Assembly (NCBI GenBank): GCA_013166775.1
Contig: JABLTJ010000012.1
Location: 1 to 64,000 of the forward strand
Origin: Promethearchaeati archaeon
GTDB taxonomy: Archaea > Asgardarchaeota > Heimdallarchaeia > Heimdallarchaeales > Heimdallarchaeaceae
Direction: 5' to 3'
DNA: 64,000 nt
In this document: positions 38,006-48,378 of the stretch, one piece after another
Numbering within the stretch: the first letter of the stretch is position 1
Layout: every line of letters starts with the position of its first letter
Translations under genes and position numbers: made by a program
Notes under the pieces: generated by a model
The model's input: only the letters and a program-made list of their open reading frames with translations
Told to the model about the DNA's origin: nothing
Databases searched by the model: none

Positions 38006-39784
38006 TTATTTCTTACGTTTCGATGAGCTACCTTTTGTTAGTGAATACGTAATAACAGAGACTATTATCTGCAAACCTAGAACAACGCCAGCCATTATTA
38101 GAATCTCTGATAAGCTTAGTGAAGTGAATAATCCAGTTTTAGTTTCTTCAGCAATCTCTACATATTCTACATTTGAAATTGCACTGGTTCCATACTCGTT
38201 ATTTGCAAGGATAGCATAGTAATAAAAACCAGTTTCGTTTAGTGTATCAGTAAAAGAAACATCAGTAGTAATAGATAGAGGTTCCCTTCCTGAAATTGAC
38301 CAGATGTAAGAAGTATCACGATAGACAGCATATTCTTCTGCACTCAAGATTTCACTCCATTCTAAAGAAACATTCCCGATGGATGAAGGATTAGGTATAA
38401 TTGGAGATAATATTGGAATAGAGGGAGTACCAGCAAATTTACGATAACAGATATCAGGATCGGTTCCTGAGCTGTCAAGATCTTCCTGTTCAATCCAGAC
38501 GCAAGAAACAAAACCAAATGAATCTACTTCTAATTCTGGTTGATGCGATAAATCATTACTCTCCACAGATACGACTTCAGTTATAGACCATTGATTTATA
38601 CTTGGATCCCTAAACTTGAAGAATATGTCAAAATCCGTTCCAGCCCCACTATATTCTGTTGCATCATACCATGCAACAAAAACAAAACCGTTTTTGTCTA
38701 CGACTATATCTGGATGTTCAGTACTATGTCTGCTTTCACTAGAAACAACTTCAGTTAAACCCCAAGAATCAGAAGAAGTATAGAGCTTTTTGTAGAATAA
38801 ATCCTGATTAATACCTGAATCTAAATAATCAGCATAATCAGCCCATATTACATGTATATCGTCATTTTGATCAAGAGCAATTTTAGGATTATATGAATTT
38901 AGGTCACTAAAAGAATTTAATAGGTTCAGATCAGACAATGTTGAAGTATAAACATTCCATCTTCGATAAAAGATATCACCGTCAGTGTCAGCTCCGAGTA
39001 TATCAGTATAATCATACCAGACAAAATGCACATCACCCGAGAGTGAGTTTGCTACAATTTGAGGTTTATAGGCATAAGCGCTACTTTCAGTTGAAATCAA
39101 TGTAGTTGATGACCATGAAGAAGCTGTATCATTGTAAAATTTCAAGAAAATATCGTTATCTCCATCAGCTCCGAGAATATCTGTTGGATCTGACCACGCA
39201 ATGTATAAATTATCATTGTTGTCTACATAAATAGTCAACTCTTCATGTATCGTTAGAGTACTATCAGTTGAAATCACAGAAGTAATAGTCCATGATCCCC
39301 CAGCATTTTTCTTTTTGTAGAAAACATCTCTATCTGTATCAGCACCTAAATAGTCAGACCAATCTGTCCAAGCAATATGTATGTCATCATTTGTATCCAC
39401 TGCTATTACTGGATGAAGAGAGGTATCAGTACTTTCTGAAGACACTAATTCAAGAGGAGACCAAGTTTCAATCTCTGAGTTATATGAGATATAGAATATA
39501 TCCGAATCTCCACCAGAACTAAGTAGATCTGGTGTATTATCGTACCAAACAACATGAATGTTATTATCTGAATCTATTGCTATTTGAGGACTATATGCGT
39601 TAGCTGTACTGGTATCTGATAAAATTTCATAGTTAGACCAGAACCAGGAGGAATTTGCATTTGGAAGAGAAGGATGAGCATCATTATCAATAAAAGCTTG
39701 AGGTAGAATACAACAGGAAATCATTAAGGACAAGGTTATTAAAACAGCTAAAACTAATCTAAAGAATATGTCTATTTTTTTCAA
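38006..39784 (-). CDS. Surface-anchored beta-propeller repeat protein with FN3-like domain and C-terminal TM (paralog A)
   Basis: Signal peptide; about 7 repeats IAxDxxxxIHxxWxD...DxDIFY; YYYAILANNEYG; TM plus basic tail. Confidence 0.8.
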   Translation of the reverse strand: MKKIDIFFRLVLAVLITLSLMISCCILPQAFIDNDAHPSLPNANSSWFWSNYEILSDTSTANAYSPQIAIDSDNNIHVVWYDNTPDLLSSGGDSDIFYISYNSEIETWSPLELVSSESTDTSLHPVIAVDTNDDIHIAWTDWSDYLGADTDRDVFYKKKNAGGSWTITSVISTDSTLTIHEELTIYVDNNDNLYIAWSDPTDILGADGDNDIFLKFYNDTASSWSSTTLISTESSAYAYKPQIVANSLSGDVHFVWYDYTDILGADTDGDIFYRRWNVYTSTLSDLNLLNSFSDLNSYNPKIALDQNDDIHVIWADYADYLDSGINQDLFYKKLYTSSDSWGLTEVVSSESRHSTEHPDIVVDKNGFVFVAWYDATEYSGAGTDFDIFFKFRDPSINQWSITEVVSVESNDLSHQPELEVDSFGFVSCVWIEQEDLDSSGTDPDICYRKFAGTPSIPILSPIIPNPSSIGNVSLEWSEILSAEEYAVYRDTSYIWSISGREPLSITTDVSFTDTLNETGFYYYAILANNEYGTSAISNVEYVEIAEETKTGLFTSLSLSEILIMAGVVLGLQIIVSVITYSLTKGSSSKRKK

Positions 39785-39862
39785 ATTTTAATCACTAATT
39801 GAAAGGATTCTCAATAGTAACTATAAATTTTGTCCAAAAAAAAAAGTAAAAAAAAGAAGAAA

Positions 39863-41644
39863 CTACTTCTTCTTACCTTTTGAGGGTGGTGTCTTCAGAA
39901 TTACAACCATCGTTAGTGTCAGAATTATCTGTAAAGCACCCACTATACCAACGATTATAATGACTTCTCCCCAATTAAAATCTTCAAAGAATCCTTGTTG
40001 ATCAGCTGGATCATGAACTACGACTGATTCAACATTTGATAAATCACTATCTGCATAATCATTACTCGCTATTACTGAATAGTAGTAAGTTCCGCTTGCA
40101 TTCAACTCATCCTCGAAAGTATTCGTACTAACAGAAGCTATTGGAGTTAGAGAATCAGTGGTTGAGATGTATGATAAATCTCTATAGATGTCATAATTTA
40201 AAGCACCAAAGGATTCTTCCCAATCAATTGTTATATTTCCAACTATTGATGGATTAGGTGAAATTGGGTATAAAGTAATATCCTCAGGCGGTCCTACGAA
40301 TTTTCGATAGAAGATATCATAATCAAACCCACAACCATCATAATCTGTCTCATCATACCATACAATATGAACATGACCTAAACCATCTACAGCAATAATA
40401 GGAACAAATGAATTAAGTGTCATTTCATTGGAAACTAGTGTTAATGATGACCAATCATCAGAAGGTGAATTTTTAAATTTATAATAGATATCATAATCAG
40501 AACCAGTGCCTGGAAAAGGTGTTAAGTCTTCCCACGTAACATGTACTATTCCCTTCTTATCTACTGCTACTGTAGCATAAGTAGATACGGTTGTACTTTC
40601 GATGGTGATAACTTCAGTCGTTGACCAAGATGATAATTGAGGATCATAATATTTGTAAAAAATATCTTTATCTACACTAGACTCTTCATAGTCTGTTATA
40701 TCTTCCCAAACAATATGTATCTTCCCTACATTGTCAATAGTCATGGATGGATGGCGTGAATCGTCAGTACTTTCAGAGCTGATAAAAATAAGTGGTAACC
40801 AATCTGCTTCTGCGACCATGTATTTTTTATAAAAAATATCTTGATCAGCCCCACTACCTAAATCAGAGTAATCATACCAAGCAAAGTGAATATCATCATT
40901 ATCAGCTATAATAACATCTGGATTATATGAACCAGTATCTGATTCTGTAGACACTAAAGTCATTCCCAACCAGGTACTTGTTAATACAGTTAGACTATTG
41001 TAAAAAATATCATAATCTGAACCTCCAAGATCACCAACATCTGTTTGGTCTGTCCAAGCTATAGATGGATTTCCACTATTATCAACATCAATTGATACCT
41101 GCTGTAAATTTGCTGTACTATCAGTGGACACTAGTTCTGAAGTAGTCCAGACCCCTGCAGGAGTTCTTCTTTTGTAGAACACATCACGATCTGAACCAGC
41201 ACCAAGAATGTCTGTAAAATCTACCCAAGCAACGTGGATATTGTTATTTTTGTCAATAGCTATTGCTGGGTTGTCAGAATTTCCACTACTCTCAGTTGAT
41301 ACAGTTTCAGGATCTGACCAAATTTTTGTTTCAGAGTCCCATCTCATGTAAAATACGTCTCTATCAGAACCTGATCCATCTAAATCACTAGTATCATCAT
41401 TGAATACGAAATGAATGTTATTATTATCATCAATTTTAATGGCTTGACCATGAGAATCATCACTAGTTTGAGATAGAACCTCAACAGATGGCCAGAACCA
41501 TGTCGATTTGTCACTTTGAACTACTTGATAGACATTGTTCGAGATATTTTGTTCACCTTGAATTCTAATTAACAAAGAGCTAGAAAACATCATAGTTGAT
41601 AAAATCAAACTTAAACAGAAAAACAGTTTTTTTCTTTTTACCAT
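39863..41644 (-). CDS. Surface-anchored beta-propeller repeat protein (paralog B)
   Basis: Same repeat, WFW start motif, PNPS..GNI, YYYSVIASNDY, TM plus KGKKK. Confidence 0.8.
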   Translation of the reverse strand: MVKRKKLFFCLSLILSTMMFSSSLLIRIQGEQNISNNVYQVVQSDKSTWFWPSVEVLSQTSDDSHGQAIKIDDNNNIHFVFNDDTSDLDGSGSDRDVFYMRWDSETKIWSDPETVSTESSGNSDNPAIAIDKNNNIHVAWVDFTDILGAGSDRDVFYKRRTPAGVWTTSELVSTDSTANLQQVSIDVDNSGNPSIAWTDQTDVGDLGGSDYDIFYNSLTVLTSTWLGMTLVSTESDTGSYNPDVIIADNDDIHFAWYDYSDLGSGADQDIFYKKYMVAEADWLPLIFISSESTDDSRHPSMTIDNVGKIHIVWEDITDYEESSVDKDIFYKYYDPQLSSWSTTEVITIESTTVSTYATVAVDKKGIVHVTWEDLTPFPGTGSDYDIYYKFKNSPSDDWSSLTLVSNEMTLNSFVPIIAVDGLGHVHIVWYDETDYDGCGFDYDIFYRKFVGPPEDITLYPISPNPSIVGNITIDWEESFGALNYDIYRDLSYISTTDSLTPIASVSTNTFEDELNASGTYYYSVIASNDYADSDLSNVESVVVHDPADQQGFFEDFNWGEVIIIVGIVGALQIILTLTMVVILKTPPSKGKKK

Positions 41645-41791
41645 AATAAAACCTCTAAAGCTAAGATACTGTAATTGAACCTATAAGTATTTTCTAGAAA
41701 AGTTAGATTTCAGAATTAATGAATTAATTTATAAATGCTTCAACTTACCGCTCATCGCAAGAGAGTCTCTCTCTTTTAAGAAAATAATTCG

Positions 41792-42109
41792 GTGAAAAAA
41801 ATGACAATTAAAATTACGGTTTTAAAGATGCTTAATCCAAAGGAAGTATTTGGGAAAGAGATAAAGAATCCAGAAGGAAAAACTGTTCCTACATGCTCTG
41901 CTTTCGAAGAAGGGCAAGAATTTCTAATTGAGAAACTAAATAAACCGGAAAATTTCTGTGGATGGGCATGGAGAGATATCTACAAGGATTTATCTGTTTT
42001 AGATTTTGGCGGAGATTTTAGCTGGTCTGAACCAAATCAAGCAATAACTTGCTGTACAGATGGTATGAGACCTGTGATTTTCAAATTGGAAAGATTGGTA
42101 GAACAGTAA
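41792..42109 (+). CDS. TIGR04076-family Cys-rich protein
   Basis: KITVLK, C..FEEGQEF, PENFCGWAW.DI, CCTDGMRPVIFKLER. Confidence 0.8.
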   Translation: MKKMTIKITVLKMLNPKEVFGKEIKNPEGKTVPTCSAFEEGQEFLIEKLNKPENFCGWAWRDIYKDLSVLDFGGDFSWSEPNQAITCCTDGMRPVIFKLERLVEQ

Positions 42110-42942
42110 TGATAAATGAAGAAATTCCACTCATAGAAGAAGCTCTTCGAAATTATGGTGAAGCATTCCAAGAGTGGAACATAGAAAAATTATCAATTGC
42201 TTTTCACCCTGAAGCTATGACTTATTGGTTTATTCCAGAGAGAGGAGGTTTCATCAAGGGTTATTGTTACGGATGGATTAGAATGTTCTTGAGAAACCAG
42301 AAAGATAATCCAGGAACCAATTTCATACCCTTTCCTGAAGAAATTGACTATGAGGGAACAGCAGCTTATGTTAGATTGAGATTTCTTGTTGAAGATGCTC
42401 AGGATCCAAGAGATACTACTGATTATCTAACACTACTGAAGTTCAGAGAAGGTTGGAATATCATTCACAAATCAGGTTTTACTAGGAGTATTTCTTTAGA
42501 AGAACTTAACACTATTCTTAAAGAGAAACAGGAAACAGTCAGAAATAATCCTGAGGAAGTAGAAAAAATCGAAAGAGTTCTAAAAACATATGCGGATGCA
42601 TTTCATGAATTAGACAAGAATAAAGTTGTTCAGGTTTTTCATAACGATATGAAAGTCAATAGTTTAGATGTTGAAAATAATAAATTCAGGAATCGGTTCA
42701 GATCTCTTGCTGATTGGAGAGAAGTTATTGATAATCACAAAAGAATGAATATATCTTTTAAAACAGAAGTAGAAAAAATAGATCAGCTTGGCAGTTCTGC
42801 TGTAGCAAAAATGAGATGGTTTGCTTTTAGAGAAGATGGAACATCCGAAACTGTTGATTTTCTTACTTTGCTTAAAGTTGATGGAAGATGGCTAATAGTA
42901 AATAAGACTTGCTATAGTCAGTTTAAGCCAAAAAAAGATTGA
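42109..42942 (+). CDS. Tandem NTF2/SnoaL-like (putative lumazine-binding) domain protein
   Basis: Two units ending in TDYLTLLK..EGWNIIHK and VDFLTLLKVDGRWLIVNK; ATG 42109 overlaps the upstream stop (TAATG). Confidence 0.8.
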   Translation: MINEEIPLIEEALRNYGEAFQEWNIEKLSIAFHPEAMTYWFIPERGGFIKGYCYGWIRMFLRNQKDNPGTNFIPFPEEIDYEGTAAYVRLRFLVEDAQDPRDTTDYLTLLKFREGWNIIHKSGFTRSISLEELNTILKEKQETVRNNPEEVEKIERVLKTYADAFHELDKNKVVQVFHNDMKVNSLDVENNKFRNRFRSLADWREVIDNHKRMNISFKTEVEKIDQLGSSAVAKMRWFAFREDGTSETVDFLTLLKVDGRWLIVNKTCYSQFKPKKD

Positions 42943-42954
42943 TTTCTTATTGAG

Positions 42955-43782
42955 GTGAAGAAGATAAAGAATAATAATTTAACAGAAATTCAAGAAATCA
43001 AGAATACTGTTCACGATTTCTATAATGGAATCTTTGAACATGACTATGATAAAATCTGTTCTTTTTTTTATTCAGAAGGAAAATCAATGGGTTACAGTTC
43101 TAGAAGAAAGGAGATTGGTATTGTTTCCAGAAATCATTGGAAAGAGATGTTTGAAAATAATCCAATAGATCCTAATCAGAGATATCACTTTGAGATAGCA
43201 AATATTGAATATTTCAAAACTGCAGCAACAGTTCAAATTGACATCTGGGAGGAATTTGATGAAACTAGGATGGAATACAGAGATTTTCTATCTCTACTTA
43301 AATTGGAAAGTAAGTGGTTGATTGTAAACAAGGTTTTTCACAGCAATACTATGCAAATAAACAAAACAGCAGTGAAACAAAATGGGGAAACGGAAATGAA
43401 ACATAAACAAACAGATGATATAGATCTGATAATTAAGACAGTTCAGTATTATATAGACGCTGTTACTAATATTGAGCTTTCTAAAGTGAAAAAAGCTTGG
43501 CACACAAACGGCCAAAGAATATTTGTTGATAAGAAAAGCAATGAAATTGTTTTCTTAGAAAGTCCAGTGAAAGACGATGTTAAGAAGATAGAGTCTGCAC
43601 TTAAGAACACAAAACAAAGATGCATGATTGAGAGCATAAATAAGAGTGGTACATCTGCTACTGCACGAATTAAATGGTTTGTTGAGAGTCCAGATTGGGT
43701 AGGTACTGAGATAAATTTCTTGTCACTTCTCAAAAGGGAGGATAAATGGGAAATTGTAGGAAAAATTGCTCACAAAGATTAG
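42955..43782 (+). CDS. Tandem NTF2/SnoaL-like (putative lumazine-binding) domain protein
   Basis: RDFLSLLKLESKWLIVNK and NFLSLLKREDKWEIVGK. Confidence 0.8.
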   Translation: MKKIKNNNLTEIQEIKNTVHDFYNGIFEHDYDKICSFFYSEGKSMGYSSRRKEIGIVSRNHWKEMFENNPIDPNQRYHFEIANIEYFKTAATVQIDIWEEFDETRMEYRDFLSLLKLESKWLIVNKVFHSNTMQINKTAVKQNGETEMKHKQTDDIDLIIKTVQYYIDAVTNIELSKVKKAWHTNGQRIFVDKKSNEIVFLESPVKDDVKKIESALKNTKQRCMIESINKSGTSATARIKWFVESPDWVGTEINFLSLLKREDKWEIVGKIAHKD

Positions 43783-44627
43783 AGATATGCAATTTCTAGA
43801 GCTTGTAATAGTTCAGCAGGGATTATCCTATCCTCTGCAAATTCCCAAAGGCTTGGATCTCTGCGTTCCATAGAAGGAGGATTAACAGCTCTTCTAAGAA
43901 GGAAGTATAAAATGTCTTTTGAAGAAATAAAAGCAATTGTCCAATTCTCATTTTTTATTGCTTTTTTGGCATCTATAACTTCTGTCCACTCTCTTTCGAA
44001 TCTTGCTTCTTCAAATAATTTCATTGTAATCTGAAATAGATCTTTTGCTCTAGTTTCATCAGCTGGTAAATGTAATTCAGGATAATCTTTAAGTCTGTGA
44101 GTGATTGGTAATCCGTTATCAAATCGATTTTCAAATAAAGCAAGCATATGCAAATTCTCTTCATAAGCATTTTTTGCCCAAGGAGTTTTTGGAGGTTTAC
44201 CCATCATTTTAATGAATATTCTATGCTCAGGTTTCCATTCCCACTCTTGACATAACGTGATTCTGTTTTGAATAAACTGTTCTTTTTCAAACCAAACTTC
44301 ACAATTTCGTAGAAAGGAGAGATAAAGAGATGCTTGATAAATATCGCTTAAACTTTCAATCTGCTTGTTCAGTGCTTTCATCATATATTCTACGTCATGA
44401 AACCATACATCAAGAATCTTACCTTGAAATTCATATTTTTTATTATGTATAAATGGAGTTTGATTTGTTCTAATCACGACTAAATCAATATCACTAAATT
44501 CTTTAGCAGTTCCATCAGCCCAAGATCCCACAAGTAACACAGCTAGAGTGTTCTCATCTAGTAAATCTTCCAAAACCAGATTTTTTAATTTAGTAAGAAT
44601 TTCGGATTCAACTGATTTCTCTTCCAT
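43779..44627 (-). CDS. Nucleotidyltransferase (Pol-beta/MNT superfamily) with helical C-terminal domain
   Basis: LLVGSWADG....SDIDLVVI and a third Asp in LDV. Confidence 0.78.
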   Translation of the reverse strand: MEEKSVESEILTKLKNLVLEDLLDENTLAVLLVGSWADGTAKEFSDIDLVVIRTNQTPFIHNKKYEFQGKILDVWFHDVEYMMKALNKQIESLSDIYQASLYLSFLRNCEVWFEKEQFIQNRITLCQEWEWKPEHRIFIKMMGKPPKTPWAKNAYEENLHMLALFENRFDNGLPITHRLKDYPELHLPADETRAKDLFQITMKLFEEARFEREWTEVIDAKKAIKNENWTIAFISSKDILYFLLRRAVNPPSMERRDPSLWEFAEDRIIPAELLQALEIAYL

Positions 44628-44780
44628 CGTGATGTGAAGGAATTTCTAGAATATTAGTTTATCTGAAAACAGTAGCATCATTAGCAGTTGGATTCTCTAC
44701 TAAGCTTACTTAGAACTGGATATTAGAGTTTCTAACTGTTACCTAAAGAGTAAACTTGAAAAATCAATAGAAACTAATTC

Positions 44781-44814
44781 AATTGTTTCAAATTGGTTGG
44801 AAAGTGAAACAATT
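44781..44814. promoter_or_regulatory. Inverted repeat AATTGTTTCA-N14-TGAAACAATT upstream of a TATA-like TTTAAAAA
   Basis: Perfect 10-bp arms read directly in a divergent intergenic region. Confidence 0.45.
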
Positions 44815-44860
44815 TAGGTGATCGTTTAAAAATAGTTCAAATTTATGGTGAGGTCTCTCT

Positions 44861-46669
44861 ATGTCCACAAGGCAAATCCTCCAAGAAGTACTTGATATCA
44901 TGAATGATATTCATACCACTGTAACTAATATCAATTGGAGAGATTATTCGGAAACTCGAGTGAAGATTTTAGTTACCAGGAAAACTGATGAGCTGAAACA
45001 CATTATAAGTGATCTACCGGATGAAGATATTTTCAGCTCTGATGAAGCATCAACGTTTTTTGAAAAAATCCTTGACAAAATCACAAGAATTCTAAGTAAT
45101 TTACCTTCAGATAAAATGCCTTTACAATGGTACGAATTAGAACTATGGAGGTTAAGATATGCTTCTATGTATGCTTTACAGTGGGGACATGGGGGTGAAT
45201 TACAGGTGGCAGGTACAGCTCATGCTCTTGCTAATGTTCTTATTGGAATTCAGACTATGGATGTGCAGGATCTCATCGTAGATTGGGATCATCCTGAATT
45301 TGAAAAACGAAGGAAATTAATTTTGAATTATCTCAATTCTGCTTATCTTTTCTTCTTTAGTTTGTGCACATCTCTTAACCATATTTACAAACATGATGTT
45401 GAACATTGGTTATCGGAAGGAGTTAAGGCAAGTATTCAGTATCTAAAATATCTGGATTACTTCTGGAATGTCCCTAAAAATATCCAACTTGAAAAGAAGA
45501 AATATAAGAATGTAAGAGATCCTAATTATTCCCCATATTATGCGACTTTTGCTGGAATTGATTACATAGTTTCTTTCCTCTTGGATTTACAGAAATACTT
45601 CTTCAGAGATAATATAAAAATTGACACTAAAGAAGAAATCATAAATCTCAGAGAACCTGAAAAATTTCTTGAATCTCTTCAGAAGCTGGTAGAAAAAGGA
45701 GAAAATTATATTGCTGATTTCAAAAAACATGTGGATGAAGGATTTTTTGACATCAATGAAGAGCCATTGAATGATCCAGATATAAAAGAAACGATTTACG
45801 AATTATATGTATCCAAGATCTGGATAAAAGGTTTAATCGCAATAAATGAGCTAGTCATTAATGAGAATGAAGATGAGATTACTTCTTTAGTAGAATCGGT
45901 GATTCCTGAGTTATTCAAGTATGTAGATAAATATAACCATCTCTTTAGTGAAGAGGATTTCATTCATAGTCAAATAGCTGATGGGATTAATTCAATTCTC
46001 AACGAAGTGATTTTATTTTCAGGAGTCATTGCAATAAAAACAGGGAAAACTTCAGATATAGAGAAAATTGAAAATGATTATAGAATGTTTTTCACTGAAG
46101 AAGCTATGAAAAGATATCCAACACTCAATGGTCTTTTTACAACATTTAAAATCACAAATTCAATCATAAAAGATGAAATCATCAATCTAGAAAAATATGC
46201 TCTGAAACTAATTCAACTCTCCGAGTATACTTTATACGAATCAAGGAATTCTTTTTCTTATTCTCTATTAGGTAACATGATTCTCTTAATTCTTGGTTCT
46301 ATTTCAAAAGAAGAGTTCCAGAAAAATGTTAGAGATAAATTTGAATATTTGTTGCCTTCATTTTCAGAGAGCTTGATTTCAGAGATAGAGATTTATCTAG
46401 CAAATCTTAATCTAGCACTGAACGATGAGCAATCTTCTTTCGATATGAACAGATTACTAATACCACAATATTTTGACCCTTATTCAGTTTTCATTCCTGA
46501 GTTAGGTATGCTAGCAAAGAAGTTTGAATTTAAAGAGATAGTGTATTTACCATTTAATCTTCAGAAGGACTACTTAGCTGATTCTGACCAAAAAATGATG
46601 AAGCAAATTGATACAGCTATAGAACAAACTGAAACATCCGTAGAACAACCAGATACACTTTCAGATTGA
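44861..46669 (+). CDS. Alpha-helical hypothetical protein
   Basis: 602 aa ORF preceded by GGTGAGG SD; no family recognised. Confidence 0.7.
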   Translation: MSTRQILQEVLDIMNDIHTTVTNINWRDYSETRVKILVTRKTDELKHIISDLPDEDIFSSDEASTFFEKILDKITRILSNLPSDKMPLQWYELELWRLRYASMYALQWGHGGELQVAGTAHALANVLIGIQTMDVQDLIVDWDHPEFEKRRKLILNYLNSAYLFFFSLCTSLNHIYKHDVEHWLSEGVKASIQYLKYLDYFWNVPKNIQLEKKKYKNVRDPNYSPYYATFAGIDYIVSFLLDLQKYFFRDNIKIDTKEEIINLREPEKFLESLQKLVEKGENYIADFKKHVDEGFFDINEEPLNDPDIKETIYELYVSKIWIKGLIAINELVINENEDEITSLVESVIPELFKYVDKYNHLFSEEDFIHSQIADGINSILNEVILFSGVIAIKTGKTSDIEKIENDYRMFFTEEAMKRYPTLNGLFTTFKITNSIIKDEIINLEKYALKLIQLSEYTLYESRNSFSYSLLGNMILLILGSISKEEFQKNVRDKFEYLLPSFSESLISEIEIYLANLNLALNDEQSSFDMNRLLIPQYFDPYSVFIPELGMLAKKFEFKEIVYLPFNLQKDYLADSDQKMMKQIDTAIEQTETSVEQPDTLSD

Positions 46670-46681
46670 ATAATATGGTTT

Positions 46682-48367
46682 TTAATCTTCATCTACCTTT
46701 TCCGTTAAAAGCTCTAAATCTCTTTTCCTATTTTCAATTTCCTCTTTTTTCCGTTTGATTTGATCATCTAATTCCTGAATCTCTTTTGAGATTTTCTGAG
46801 CTTTTGAATAATCCTCTTTATCATCAATGGAGCTCAACAAAGTTTTTTGTATATCTAATTCAGCTTCTAATTCTTTGTATAAAGCATTTAATTGCTTATC
46901 TTTGAGATCTAGCTCCTCTTTTGCTCTTTCCAATCTTCCTCTCTCATTCTTCATTTTGGTTATCAAATCTTTTAATTCTTCATAACTTTCTTCTAGTTTT
47001 CCTTTATCTTCTGCTATATTATCGTGGCAATCACAGACCTCTTCATTGAGTTTTTCTTTTTCCTTTTCATACTTCTTTATCTTTTTCTCATCGTATTCAT
47101 CCTTGATTAGGCTATTAATCTCTTCTATTCTCGCTTTCTTTTCATTAATCTCGATTTGTAAATCATTAATCTCGTCGCTCATTTCATTTTCTTTCTTCTC
47201 GTGTTTCTCAATTTCCTTTTCAATGTCTGAAATTCCAGATTCTAAATCTTGCATCTCCTTTTTCTTTTCTTCAGAAGTTATTTTCAATTGTTCGATTTTT
47301 TCATTTAGATTTGTGATCTCTATTTCGATTTTATCTATTTTATCGATATCATCTTTTAGTTCAACAACTTCTCTCAAGGTCTGTGCATCTTTCATCTTCT
47401 TCTTAAGTTCTCTATTTAAAGCTAGAATTCTCTTTTCTTTTGCACCCCTATCCTCTTCAACATCTACAATACGTAGATTATCTTCTTCTAATTTGATTTT
47501 TAGAAGATCAAGATCTACTTCTGTGTCTTTAACCTTATGTTGAGCTATTTCCAATTTTTCGTTAATTCCGTTAATTTCAGTGAGAATATCTTGGAATTTC
47601 TCCTCATCCCTTTCTTCAATTTCTATCGTTTCGAGAGAATTCCTTCTTTCTGTTTTCTCTTTGAAAATTTTCTTCAAATCTTTTACATCATCTTTCTTCA
47701 ATTTCAGCTCTTTAGATAATAAATCGATTCGTTCTTCTTCGAACATTATTTTTTCATTTAATCTTGTAATTTCTTCAGTTCTTTGATCCTTCTCTATTTC
47801 TTGTTTCTGTATCTCAGAATTAAGATCTTCAATCTCTTTTTCGATTTTTTCAGCATCTTTCATATCATCAGATGAAGCCCCTAAAAGAATTTGGATGGAT
47901 TTTTGCTTTTCTAATTTCACTTCCATTTCTTCATATAGACTCTTTAAATCTCTCTCCTTTGAGCGGATATCTTTCTCAAATAGATCCATTTGTCCAATGT
48001 CAATGAGTTTCTCTATTTTTGTGATATATTTTTGGATGTTTTTAATTCTTATTTCTCCATCTTCCAAGGATTTCCTAAAGAATAAAGCTAGATTGGAGTT
48101 TTCCCCGAGCTTGAGAATTAAAACATCTATTTCATCAGTATCAAAGAGGAGTTGATTATATCCTTTGTAATTATAATTGCATATTTCATATAATGTTCTC
48201 AAATTTGAAAGAATATTTGATAAATCGTTTCCTAACTTAGGTATGTTTACTGACTCCTCAAATTGTTCAAAAGTAGTCTGATAGACAATACCATCATTAT
48301 AAAACATTACAATATGCTCTACTTCAGGCAGAGCTCTTTTTATTCTTTCTATTGTTTTTAGCACCAT
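46682..48367 (-). CDS. Roadblock/profilin-like N-terminal domain fused to an about 450 aa coiled coil
   Basis: VEHIVMFYNDGIVYQTT...LLFDTDEIDVLILKLGENSNLALFF, then E/K-rich heptads with no Pro. Confidence 0.7.
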   Translation of the reverse strand: MVLKTIERIKRALPEVEHIVMFYNDGIVYQTTFEQFEESVNIPKLGNDLSNILSNLRTLYEICNYNYKGYNQLLFDTDEIDVLILKLGENSNLALFFRKSLEDGEIRIKNIQKYITKIEKLIDIGQMDLFEKDIRSKERDLKSLYEEMEVKLEKQKSIQILLGASSDDMKDAEKIEKEIEDLNSEIQKQEIEKDQRTEEITRLNEKIMFEEERIDLLSKELKLKKDDVKDLKKIFKEKTERRNSLETIEIEERDEEKFQDILTEINGINEKLEIAQHKVKDTEVDLDLLKIKLEEDNLRIVDVEEDRGAKEKRILALNRELKKKMKDAQTLREVVELKDDIDKIDKIEIEITNLNEKIEQLKITSEEKKKEMQDLESGISDIEKEIEKHEKKENEMSDEINDLQIEINEKKARIEEINSLIKDEYDEKKIKKYEKEKEKLNEEVCDCHDNIAEDKGKLEESYEELKDLITKMKNERGRLERAKEELDLKDKQLNALYKELEAELDIQKTLLSSIDDKEDYSKAQKISKEIQELDDQIKRKKEEIENRKRDLELLTEKVDED

Positions 48368-48378
48368 TTTTTCTCACA

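Noticed and set aside
42049-42108. ORF-track start at 42049
   Set aside because: Overlaps the TIGR04076 gene; ATG 42109 with TAATG coupling fits better
43779-44627. MNT-HEPN toxin-antitoxin or CBASS cyclase
   Set aside because: No adjacent HEPN (Rx4-6H) or effector gene; only the generic GS..DxD motif is evident
47046-48155. Plus-strand Ser/Phe/Ile-rich ORFs
   Set aside because: Antisense shadows of the E/K-rich coiled-coil gene
46682-48367. SMC/Rad50 assignment for the coiled-coil protein
   Set aside because: No Walker A/B, signature motif, hinge or CxxC zinc hook
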